A stretch of DNA of 64,000 nucleotides. Source: Eledone cirrhosa. Lineage: Eukaryota. Positions 12,373 to 22,300 of this stretch are shown one piece after another. The position numbers and the translations under genes were made by a program. The stretch covers positions 21,452,001-21,516,000 of the forward strand of contig OZ024753.1 in NCBI GenBank assembly GCA_964016885.1, written 5' to 3'. Position 1 is the first letter of the stretch, and the number at the start of each line of letters is the position of its first letter. The notes under the pieces are model-generated. The model saw nothing but the letters and a program-made list of their open reading frames with translations, was not told the origin of the DNA and searched no databases.

Positions 12373-13451
12373 TCATCATCATCATCATCATCATCGTTTA
12401 ACGTCCATCTTCCACGCTAGCATGGGTTTGGACGGGAATTTTCCCACTTGAGGCAAGATTGGTTGTCCTGCTCGTATAGGACTGTCTGGCGGGTTTTCTA
12501 TGGCTGGATGCCCTTCCTAACACCAACCACGTTTACAGTGTGGACTGGGGGGTTTTTACCATGTTACCTACACGGCCACATTACAGCGTGGACTGTGTTT
12601 TTTTGTCGTGACACCTACACGTCTGGCGGGTTTTCTACGGCTGGGTGCCCTTCCCAACACCAACAACGTTTACAGTGTGGACTGGGAGGTTTTTACCGTG
12701 TTACCTACACGGCCACATTACAGCGTGGACTGTGTGTTTTTTTGTCGTGACACCTACACGACCTCATTTGTTTCGGACTGGATGTTGTGGTACCAAGATA
12801 ACTTCACATTTAAGGGGGTGGTGTTGATGGGGTGGGGTAGTGGGACGGGGGTGTATTTTGTTAGAGGTGCCTACTGACTGTAGGTTTCGCTTTGTACTTA
12901 GGCAAGACGGGTCTTCTGTATGACTGTGTAGCGCCAAAGATCTCGGTCCAGTGACATTGTCTTGGGGAGGTGTAAGTGTGTGAGGTCAAAATTTATCAAG
13001 TCGTCCCAGGTTTTTCTGGGTCTGCCTACTCCGTGGCTACCGTCTATTTTTATCGCCCTGCACTTATTTATACAGCTGTCGTCTTTCATGCGCATCACGT
13101 CACCGTACTAACGTAGTCTTCTCCCGATTCCTAATTTCTCCCTTAGTTCGTTTATTACCATTACACATCCAGCGGAGCATGCAAGCTTTGTTCCTCTCCA
13201 GTCTGCATATATCCTCTGCACACAATGCCCAGGTCTCACTGCCATGTAACATTGCTGTTCGTCTGCAGGCATCATTTTTAGAGAGAACCCTTTAGTGGCC
13301 AATAGTGGTATAAACTCTCTGAACTTTTTCCATCCAGTTCTGACTCTAGCTACTGTACTTTCAGAGCACCCTCCCCCACTGCTGATTTTGTCACCCAGGT
13401 AACGGAAGGTGTCCACAATTTCTATAGAACCATCTGTGCAATGGAATGAGC
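12373..13451 (-). mobile_element. 5'-truncated RTE LINE (copy 3, same subfamily as copy 1)
   Basis: Closely matches 831-1806, with small internal deletions and a 137-bp tandem duplication in the 3' UTR (starts at 12484 and 12621). (GAT)n tail; ORFs 12898-13098 and 13108-13491. Confidence 0.92.
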
Positions 13452-13651
13452 TATATATATATATATATACACATCTAATATATATATACACTCTACTATA
13501 TATATATATACATATCTAATATATATACACTCTACTATATATATATATATATATATATACATATCTAATATATATACACTCTACTCTATATATATATATA
13601 TACATATCTAATATATATACACTCTACTATATATATATATATCTAATATAT
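13452..13651. repeat. Compound TA-rich minisatellite (same unit as 12089-12372)
   Basis: About 5 units of catatctaatatatatacactctac separated by (TA)n. Confidence 0.9.
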
Positions 13652-13916
13652 ATCACCTTGATCACCTTGACCGACCAGTCTGTCAGGTGGCAATCAGCGC
13701 TGCTGGTCACAACACGTCGTGCTGTTTTAACCATAAGATAACACCATCCCACTGGTTGGGCGGGCAGGCTGGTACTCATTTCTACAGCTGAGTAAACTGG
13801 AGCAACGTGAAATAAAGTGTCTTGTTCAAGGAAACAACACATCACCTGGTCCGAGAATTGAACTCACAACCTCTCGATTGCAAGCCCAATGCTCTAACCA
13901 CTAAGCCATGCGCCTT
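13652..13916 (-). mobile_element. tRNA-derived CORE-like SINE with its own tail
   Basis: A-box at 13898-13908, B-box-like at 13853-13865, CORE-like segment at about 13775-13835, and a 3' end in the tandem 9-mer (CAAGGTGAT)2. Confidence 0.8.
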
Positions 13917-13962
13917 CACACTATATATATACATATCTAATATATATACACTCTACTATATT

Positions 13963-14296
13963 ATCATCATCATTTTACGTCCGCTTTTCCCTGCTTGCAA
14001 GAGTGGGACGGGAACTGATTCTGGCTTGATTTCTACAGTTGGATGCCCTTCCTAACACCAACCTCATTTACAGTGAGTGCTGGGTGCTTTTTTGCCGTGG
14101 CACCTCCACGACCACTTTGCAGTGGAATGATAGGGACCCCAGTCCCTATTATCTCATTTCTACAGCTCAGTAAACTGGAGCAATGTGAAATAAAGTGTCT
14201 TGCTCAAGGAAACAACACAACACCCGGTCTGAGAATTGAACTCACAACCTTTCAATTGCAAGGCCAATGCTCTAACCACTAAGCCATGTGCCTCCA
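13963..14296 (-). mobile_element. Second copy of the composite SINE (tRNA/CORE head plus RTE tail)
   Basis: Highly similar to 11743-12088 along its whole length, including the head/tail junction. Confidence 0.75.
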
Positions 14297-14786
14297 TATA
14301 TATATATATATATATACATACACACACTTTGGTTAATTAGAAGAAGAATTAAGGATGTGGGTGAGAGAAGCACACTGTTGTTGGTGATGGTGGCAACAAC
14401 ATTTCTTTTTCACATAAATCAAATTTAAGGGGAAAAAAATACAATTAACATTTGTTGAACAAAAATTTTAAAAATAGTAAAACAAAAAGCATTGCCACGA
14501 GGAATAACTGTCATCTATTTTGTAATAGTTTGTCTTGTAAAGGAAGAGTATTGATTTTTAGAAGGTGCTGAAGCCAGGAAGTCACCTGATATTACTGACA
14601 GTTCTAAAATGTATTGATAAAACTAATTTAATTTAAAAGGTGATTTTAATATGGAATTACAGGAATGTGTTAGTAGGAGTAGAAATATTTATTTTATCTA
14701 TAAAACAACTTTAATTTAATAAGGGATTTTAGGAACATGTGAGTTATGGTTGACATATATAGATCTAAGATCTATATATGTTTATA

Positions 14787-15409
14787 GATCACGATAAATT
14801 AACGGAGCCATAGACTCTCGTTATTCCCTGTCAATAATGTGCTCAAAGGAAAAGGAATCCTGAGCTTTTTAAAATACAATATGTTGAAAAGGTAACACAC
14901 TAGAGAAAGATAGTGCGCCATCAATAAAACAGGGAAAAAACCACCAGTGTATGGAATCTATAACCTATGAAAGGCAGGGTAGACACACAATAATTAAAAA
15001 TATAAATTAAAATGTATATACGCATCTCTATAACTATATAACACACGCGTACAAATCCAAAAAGATGTTTCGCCAGGAAGTTGTTGACTGAAATGGAATA
15101 GCCCATGGTTCATCAACGTGTGTAAAACTATACATTTCAGACAACTCTAAGAGAATTTAAAGCGACCGTCCAGCTAGACGCGGCAGAGAGATGTCACAGC
15201 GTGTTTAGGGCAGTGAACCAGGGGTATCTGAGGGACGAGCTGCTAGAAAGGGCAGCCCAAAAACCACTCAGAGAAGTGTGCTCAACCAAACAGAGAGAGA
15301 GGAAAGACTGTTTTAAGGAGCGAAATATCACGATAATTTAACGGAGCCCTGTTTTATTGATGGCGCACTATATCCCTCTAGTGTGTTACCTTTTCAACAT
15401 ATTGTATTT
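14787..15409 (-). mobile_element. Small non-coding PLE pseudo-LTR or retrozyme-like insertion with a 10-bp TSD
   Basis: Flanked by TATGTTTATA at 14777-14786 and 15410-15419. Short direct repeat atcacgataaWttaacggagcc at 14788 and 15327. 64-bp inverted repeat at 14871-14934 and 15347-15410. Internal hammerhead-like motif. Confidence 0.65.
15043..15123 (-). ncRNA. Degenerate type I hammerhead ribozyme
   Basis: Minus strand: ACACACG-UUGAUGA-ACCAUGGG...UUCCUGGC-GAAA-CAUC uuuuug GAuuUGU-A-CGCGUGU. Stem I has 6 of 7 pairs, the core has C3U, the first stem II pair is an A.C mismatch, and the cleavage triplet is GUA. Confidence 0.5.
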
Positions 15410-15412
15410 TAT

Positions 15413-15415
<3 letters not shown>

Positions 15416-15462
<47 letters not shown>
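15416..15462. repeat. (TA)n microsatellite
   Basis: Directly visible. Confidence 0.97.
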
Positions 15463-15466
<4 letters not shown>

Positions 15467-15945
15467 TAAAAGAGAAAACAGATAATCATTAAGAGAAGGA
15501 TTTTATCCAGGTATTTACGACCGTTTCATTGGTAAGTGCAACCTTATATTGCTATACTGCAAATAGCAGCCACTCAATTATAATTGTTGTTCACAGTCCA
15601 CATTTTCAAAATAGTGAGTAAGTTACTCTTGAAATAATTCTTAATATATAGAGAAAAACATTTATTTGGAATTGTATTTACTAGTATAGAGAGAGAGGAA
15701 TCAGAAGGTGAGGACACAAACGGAATAGTATAGAGAGAGAGGAAGGAGGAAGAGGTAGGAAGTAGAGTGACAAACTGAGATGGAGGGAGGGGTAGAGGTG
15801 GAAGGATTCCTTGGTCAGTTTTGATAGCAGACTTCATGTCATGGAATGTAGTGAGTTAAAGAGAATTAAATTGATCATAGTGGGAGGGATGGACAGAGAG
15901 GGAGAGAGAGAGGGGGGAGATATAAAGAGATAAATATATATATAT

Positions 15946-16769
15946 ATATAAGTATGTACACGTACATACATATATGTATACAGACGTACAGTAGTATGTA
16001 TATATATATACATACATGCACACATATATATATGTACGTATGGATTCACCGAACATTTATTATAATGCTTGGTGTGTTTGTAAACAAACATCCCGTATTA
16101 AGCTGTAGTGTCTAGCAACCATCGTTGCTCGTTTGTTCAACACTGACAAAGGAACGCTGTAATAGTTTCAAGCTTATTAGCTATCGTCAGCAACGTATAC
16201 CTTCCTGCCAGATTGTTGAACGTATATACTTACCTTATGCATATTAACGGCTGAGTAGCCCAATTTGCATATCGAGTGGTTTAATCGGCCGGGTGCACCG
16301 AAAACGATAAACGGAAAAAAATGAAACGAAATTTCATTTCCCACTCTTAGTACAGCAGTTACTTAAATATAAGTATGTACACGTACATACATATATGTAT
16401 ACAGATGTACAGTAGTATGTATATATATATACATACATGCACACATATATATATGTACGTATGGATTCACCGAACATTTATTATAATGCTTGGTGTGTTT
16501 GTAAACAAACATCCCGTATTAAGCCGTAGCAACCATCGTTGCTAGACACTACGGCTTAATACGGGATGTTTGTTTACAAACACACCAAGCATTATAATAA
16601 ATGTTCGGTGAATCCATACGTACATATATATATGTGTGCATGTATGTATATATATATACATACTACTGTACGTCTGTATACATATATGTAATTACGTGTA
16701 CATACTTATATTTAAGTAACAGCCATACTAAGAGTGGGAAATGAAATTTCGTTTCATTTTTTCCGTTTA
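15946..16769 (-). mobile_element. PLE pseudo-LTR or retrozyme-like unit: 421-bp period partial tandem plus terminal fold-back, inserted in (TA)n
   Basis: 15946-16129 is repeated at 16367-16543 (offset 421). 16308-16529 is inverted at about 16549-16769. Contains a hammerhead motif, has TA runs on both sides, and has no credible ORF. Confidence 0.7.
16154..16196 (-). ncRNA. Minimal type I hammerhead ribozyme
   Basis: Minus strand: ACGUUG-CUGACGA-U-AGCU aaua AGCU-U-GAAA-CUAU-UA-CAGCGU. 6-bp stem I (one G-U), intact CUGANGA and GAAA core, 4-bp stem II, and a minimal stem III ACUAUU that is one base from palindromic ACUAGU. Confidence 0.7.
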
Positions 16770-16789
16770 ATATATATATATATATATAT

Positions 16790-17310
16790 GTAAAATAAAG
16801 ATAAAGATAATAATGACAAAAATAAAAGCAAAGAAGGTGGTGAGAAAGAAGAAAAGAAAAGATAGCCAAGAAGGGGAGGGAAGGAAGGAAGAAAACGAAG
16901 AAATAGAAGATGAATGAGGGAGAAGAGGGGGATATATGTATTGGTTTTGTGGGTAATTAAAAGGGTTTAGATACAACAAGAGGGTATAAAGTCTAAGTAT
17001 ATGCAGTTTGTCAGTTTGTAGTAAGAGGTTAAGGGTTCGATTTGTAGTGCGAAAACTTCTCTTTGAGTCTATGGTTACAATAAATTGATCTTTCGATTTT
17101 ATTGTTGAGTAACTTATTCTTCGAACTCAAGATGTGGAACAGCTCAAGGTTGCATAATCGACAGCTTCTCATACCACTCCTATATGGGGGCGCGTTGGAT
17201 AATTTTTTCCACTTCAGGTTGTATTGATGGTTACTTTCCCTCAGTTGCCAGGTCTTGTTTGCAAGGGTAGTTACATAACGATGCTGGGAATGTTTCATTG
17301 CGTAACGGTG
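16790..17310 (-). mobile_element. 3' fragment of a second Penelope-like family (GIY-YIG C-terminus plus pyrimidine-rich 3' UTR); 15470-15930 may be its displaced continuation
   Basis: ORF 17029-17298 reads TTLANKTWQL..LKWKKL..PY..CRLCNLELFHIL..LLNNKIE..CNH. This CxxC/LLN/CxH pattern is one I associate with Naiad-type PLE endonucleases; the clade assignment is tentative. Confidence 0.7.
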
Positions 17311-17529
17311 TGTATACCAACCCGTCCATTACATAATGAATGTATGCAGTCTAACCTGGTTTACCAATGGAATCAGACAACCGGAAATGGTATTACATCG
17401 GAGCGACTGGCAATACATTTAAAGCCCGTTTAAAGACCAGTATTGAGTACTCTGCTGAATAATGGTCTTACTATAAAACTGGTAAAATTCTGATATATAT
17501 TTATTTATAACAATAACTGAAGTCTCTTA

Positions 17530-18100
17530 ACAATTAAATGATATATATGGGATTTAGTAATATGTGAGTTATAGTTGACAAAAGACACAAGATGGTTGTG
17601 CTGGTGACATGTCAAATAGCACCTGGTCTGTTCTGTAAGATGGTTGTGCTAGTGACATAAGAAATAGCACCTGGTCTGTCGTGTAAGATGGTTGTGCTAG
17701 TGACATGACAAATAGCACCTGGTCTGTCCTGTAAGATGGTTGTGCTAGTGACATGACAAATAGCACTCAGTTTTCCTGTGGCGTGGTCATGTTGGTGACA
17801 ATCAAAAGCACCCAGTCCATGCTCTAAATGTTTGGTGTTAGTAAGTAGTTGTGTTAGTGACACAACAAAAAGCATATGGTCCATCCTGTAAAGTGGTTGT
17901 GCTGGTCACATGAAAAAAGCACCCAGTTCACACTGTAAATGTGTTTGGCGTGAGGAAGGGCATCCAGTCTAGAAACGAAACCAGAAACATTTCTGTATGA
18001 GAAAGACACGATCATCTGATCTAACCTCTTACAATGGGATAATTCGTCTAACCCATGCTAGCTTGGAAAATGGATATTAAATTATTGATGATGATGATGA
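17530..18100 (+). mobile_element. Non-autonomous RTE-tail element (SINE-like) with internal 48-bp tandem repeats
   Basis: 48-bp units at 17589, 17637, 17685 and 17733 plus degenerate ones, then GGAAGGGCATCCAG and the terminus CGTCTAACCCATGCTAGC..GGA..TTAA..(GAT)n. A homologous 5' part is present in inverted orientation at about 18770-18886. Confidence 0.65.
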
Positions 18101-18708
18101 TCATCATCATCATCACCGTTTTACGTCCATTCTTCCACGCTAGCATGGGTTAGACGGGTTGTCCTGTTGTAGGCAGTGTCCGGTCGGCTGACCATGCCTT
18201 GCTCATATGGGAACTGATTCTGACTTGATTTCTACGGCTGGATGCCCTTCCAAAAACCAACCTCATTTACAGTGAGTGCTGGGTGCTTTTTTCCTTGGCA
18301 CCTACACGTCCACTTTACAGTGTGGGCTGGGTGATTTTTTTGCCGTGGCATCTCCACGACCACTTTGCAGTGGGAGGGTTGGGGGCATATTGTCTATATG
18401 CCTCAGCTTCGGCTTGTACCCGTGGGGGGTCGGGTCTTCTGTATTACTGCATGACGCCAGAGGTCATGGTCGTGTATCATCGCCTTTGAGGGGTGTAATT
18501 GGGTAAGGTCGGCTTCTATCACCTCATCCCAGGTCTTCTTGGGTCTCCCCACTCTGCAGTTTCCATCGACTTCTAGTGCTCTGCACCATTTTATGCAGCT
18601 GTCATCCTTCATACGCATCACATGTCCATACCAACGCAACCACCTCTCCTGCACACAGCATTTGATTCCTCTTATGCTCAACCTCTCTCTCAATTCATTT
18701 ATGCTTTT
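18101..18708 (-). mobile_element. 5'-truncated RTE LINE (copy 4)
   Basis: ORF 18403-18759 (RWYGHVMRM, GRPKKTW), 3' UTR and (GAT)n tail at 18101-18115. Confidence 0.9.
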
Positions 18709-18709
18709 T

Positions 18710-18710
18710 G

Positions 18711-18762
<52 letters not shown>

Positions 18763-18767
18763 TATAT
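18710..18767. repeat. (TA)n microsatellite
   Basis: Directly visible. Confidence 0.97.
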
Positions 18768-18897
18768 AAAAGACTGTGCTTTTGGCTTGTCACCAGCACA
18801 ACCATCTTACAGGATGAGCAACCGGGCATCTTTTGTCTGCTATAACTCACATATTACTAAAATCCCTTATGTATGATTTAATTGTTTTGGTAATGGG

Positions 18898-19193
18898 AGT
18901 GGTAAGAAACTCTCAGGAGAGCTGGATAGCAGAAGGTCTTCAGAAAAGAAACACCACTGAAGTGAGTGTTTTGAACCCCCTGAACTTAAGGGCTAAAACA
19001 CTCACTTGAGTGTGCTTTCTTCTCTGAAGACCTTCTGTTGTCCAACTCTCCTGAGAGTTCTTCTCTGAAAACCTTCTGTTGTCCAACTCTCCTCAGACTT
19101 TCTTCTCTGAAGACCTTCTGTTGTCCAACTCTCCTAAGAGTTCTTCTCTGAGGACCTTCTGCTGTCCAGCTCTCCTGAGAGTTTCTTACCACT
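18898..19193. mobile_element. MITE-like fold-back element with a 41-bp tandem expansion in its right arm
   Basis: 18898-18950 is the reverse complement of 19141-19193 with about 3 mismatches. Inner inverted pair aagtgagtgtttt/aaaacactcactt. 41-42-bp units at 19021, 19062, 19104 and 19145. Confidence 0.7.
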
Positions 19194-19302
19194 ATAATAT
19201 ATATTATATAAATATCATTACCAGAAGATTGCCAACACACTGATTAACTATTGACTACACTCTGAATGACAGCATCTTCTCACTTGCAAGCCTATTGTTT
19301 CA

Positions 19303-22300
19303 CTGAGTAGTGGCCAGACATGACTTAACCCATGCTAGCGAGAGTAGTAACCAGGCCTGACATAAACCATGCTAGCGAGAGTAGTGACCAGACCTAACAT
19401 AACCCATGAGAGCCTCAGTAGTGACCAGACCTGACATAACCCATGCTAGCGAGAGTAGTGACCAGACCTGACATAACTCATGCTAGCCTTAGTGGTGACG
19501 AGGCCTGACATAACCCATGCTAGCCTTAGTAGTGACCAGACCTGACATAACCCATGCTAGCCCCTTTAGTGGCCAGACCTGACATAACCCATGTTAGCCT
19601 TAGTAGTGGCCAGACCTGACATAACCCATGCTAGCCCCTGTAGTGGCCAGACCTGACATAACCCATGCTAGCCTCAGTAGTGCTCAGACCTGACATAACC
19701 CATGCTAGCCTTAGTAGTGGCCAGTCCTGACATAACCCATGCTAGCCTTAGTAGTGGCCAGACCTGACAGAACTCATGCTAGCCTTCGTAGTGACCAGAC
19801 CTGACATAACACATGCTAGCCACAGAGGTGACCAGACCTGACATAACCCATGCTAGCCACAGTAGTGACCAGACCTGACATTACCCATGCATGACTTAGT
19901 AGTGACCAGACCTGACATAACCCATGCTAGACTCAGTAGTGACCAGACCTGACATAACACATGCTAGCCTTAGTAGTGACCAGACCTGACATAACCCATG
20001 TTATCCTCAGTAGTGGTCTGACCAAACATAGCCCATACTAGCCACAGAGGTGACCAGACCTGACATAAACCATGCTAGCGAGAGTAGTGACCAGACCTGA
20101 CATAACCCATGCTAGTCTTAGTAGTGACCAGACTGACAGAACCTATGCTAGCCTCAGTAGTGGTCAGACCTGATATAAACCATGTTATCCTCAGTAGTGG
20201 CCAGACCTGACATAACCAATGCTAGCCACAGAGGTGACCAGACCTGACATAACCCATGCTAGACTCAGTAGTGACCAGACCTGACATAACCCATGCTAGC
20301 CTTAGTAGTGACCAGACCTGACATAACCCATGCTAGCCTTAGTAGTGACCAGACCTGACATAACCCATGCTAGCCTTAGTAGTGACCAGACCTTACATAA
20401 CCCATGCTAGCCTTAGTAGTGACCAGACCTTACATAACCCATGCTAGCCTCAGTAGTGACCAGACCTGACATAACCCATGCTAGCCTCAGTAGTGACCAG
20501 ACCTGACATAACCCATGCTAGCCTTAGTAGTGACCAGACCTTACATAACCCATGCTAGCCTTAGTAGTGACCAGACCTTACATAACCCATGCTAGCCTTA
20601 GTAGTGACCAGACATGACATAACCCATGCTAGTCTCAGTAGTGACCAGACCTGACATAACCCATGCTAGCCACAGTAATGACCAGACCTGACATAACCCA
20701 TGCTAGCCTTAGTAATGACCAGACCTGACATAACCCATGCTAGCCTTAGTAGTGACCAGACATGACATAACCCATGCTAGTCTCAGTAGTGACCAGACCT
20801 GACATAACCCATGCTAGCCACAGTAATGACCAGACCTGACATAACCCATGCTAGCCTCAGTAATGACCAGACCTGACATAACCCATGCTAGCCTTAGTAA
20901 TGACCAGACCTGACATAACCCATGCTAGCCTTAGTAGTGACCAGACCTGACATAACCCATGCTAGCCTTAGTAGTGACCAGACCTTACATAACCCATGCT
21001 AGCCTTAGTAGTGACCAGACCTGACATAACCCATGCTAGCCTTAGTAGTGACCAGACCTGACATAACCCATGCTAGCCTTAGTAGTGACCAGACCTTACA
21101 TAACCCATGCTAGCCTTAGTAGTGACCAGACCTTACATAACCCATGCTAGCCTTAGTAGTGACCAGACCTGACATAACCCATGCTAGCCTTAGTAGTGAC
21201 CAGACCTGACATAACCCATGCTAGCCTTAGTAGTGACCAGACCTGACATAACCCATGCTAGCCTCAGTAGTGACCAGACCTGACATAACCCATGCTAGCC
21301 TTAGTAGTGACCAGACCTGACATAACCCATGCTAGCCTTAGTAGTGACCAGACCTGACATAACCCATGCTAGGCTTAGTAGTGACCAGACCTGACATAAC
21401 CCATGCTAGCCTTAGTAGTGACCAGACCTGACATAACCCATGCTAGCCTTAGTAGTGACCAGACCTTACATAACCCATGCTAGCCTTAGTAGTGACCAGA
21501 CCTGACATAACCCATGCTAGCCTCAGTAGTGACCAGACCTGACATAACCCATGCTAGCCTTAGTAGTGACCAGACCTGACATAACCCATGCTAGCCTTAG
21601 TAGTGACCAGACCTGACATAACCCATGCTAGGCTTAGTAGTGACCAGACCTGACATAACCCATGCTAGCCTTAGTAGTGACCAGACCTGACATAACCCAT
21701 GCTAGGCTTAGTAGTGACCAGACCTGACATAACCCATGCTAGCCTTAGTAGTGACCAGACCTGACATAACCCATGCTAGGCTTAGTAGTGACCAGACCTG
21801 ACATAACCCATTCTAGCCTCAGTAGTGACCAGACCTGACATAACCCATGCTAGCCTTAGTAGTGACCAGACCCGACATAACCCATGCTAGGCTTAGTAGT
21901 GACCAGACCTGACATAACCCATGCTAGCCTCAGTAGTGACCAGACCTGACATAACCCATGCTAGCCTTAGTAGTGACCAGACCTGACATAACCCATGCTA
22001 GCCTTAGCAGTGACCAGACCTGACATAACCCATGCTAGCCTCAGTAGTGACCAGACCTGACATAACCCATGCTAGCCTCAGTAGTGACCAGACCTGACAT
22101 AACTCATGCTAGTCTCAGTAGTGGCCAGACCTGATATAACCCATGCTAGTCTCAGTAGTGACCAGACCTGACATAACCCATGCTAGCCTCAGTAGTGACC
22201 AGACCTGACATAACCCATGCTAGCCTCAGTAGTGACCAGACCTGACATAACTCATGCTAGTCTCAGTAGTGGCCAGACCTGATATAACCCATGCTAGTCT

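Noticed and set aside
13840-13916. tRNA gene (also about 12010-12088 and 14220-14296)
   Set aside because: A and B boxes are present, but there is no convincing acceptor stem and the sequence runs into a SINE body.
14330-14770. Possible further decayed TE coding remnant
   Set aside because: AT-rich with no motif I could confidently assign.
17569-17884. 16-aa repeat protein (DQVLFVMSLAQPSYRT)
   Set aside because: It is an artefact of the 48-bp tandem repeat in a non-coding retroposon.
17530-18886. DNA transposon bounded by inverted repeats at 17530-17625 and 18770-18886
   Set aside because: The two arms are diverged and gapped and I found no TSD. Two oppositely oriented copies of one repeat family explain them more simply.
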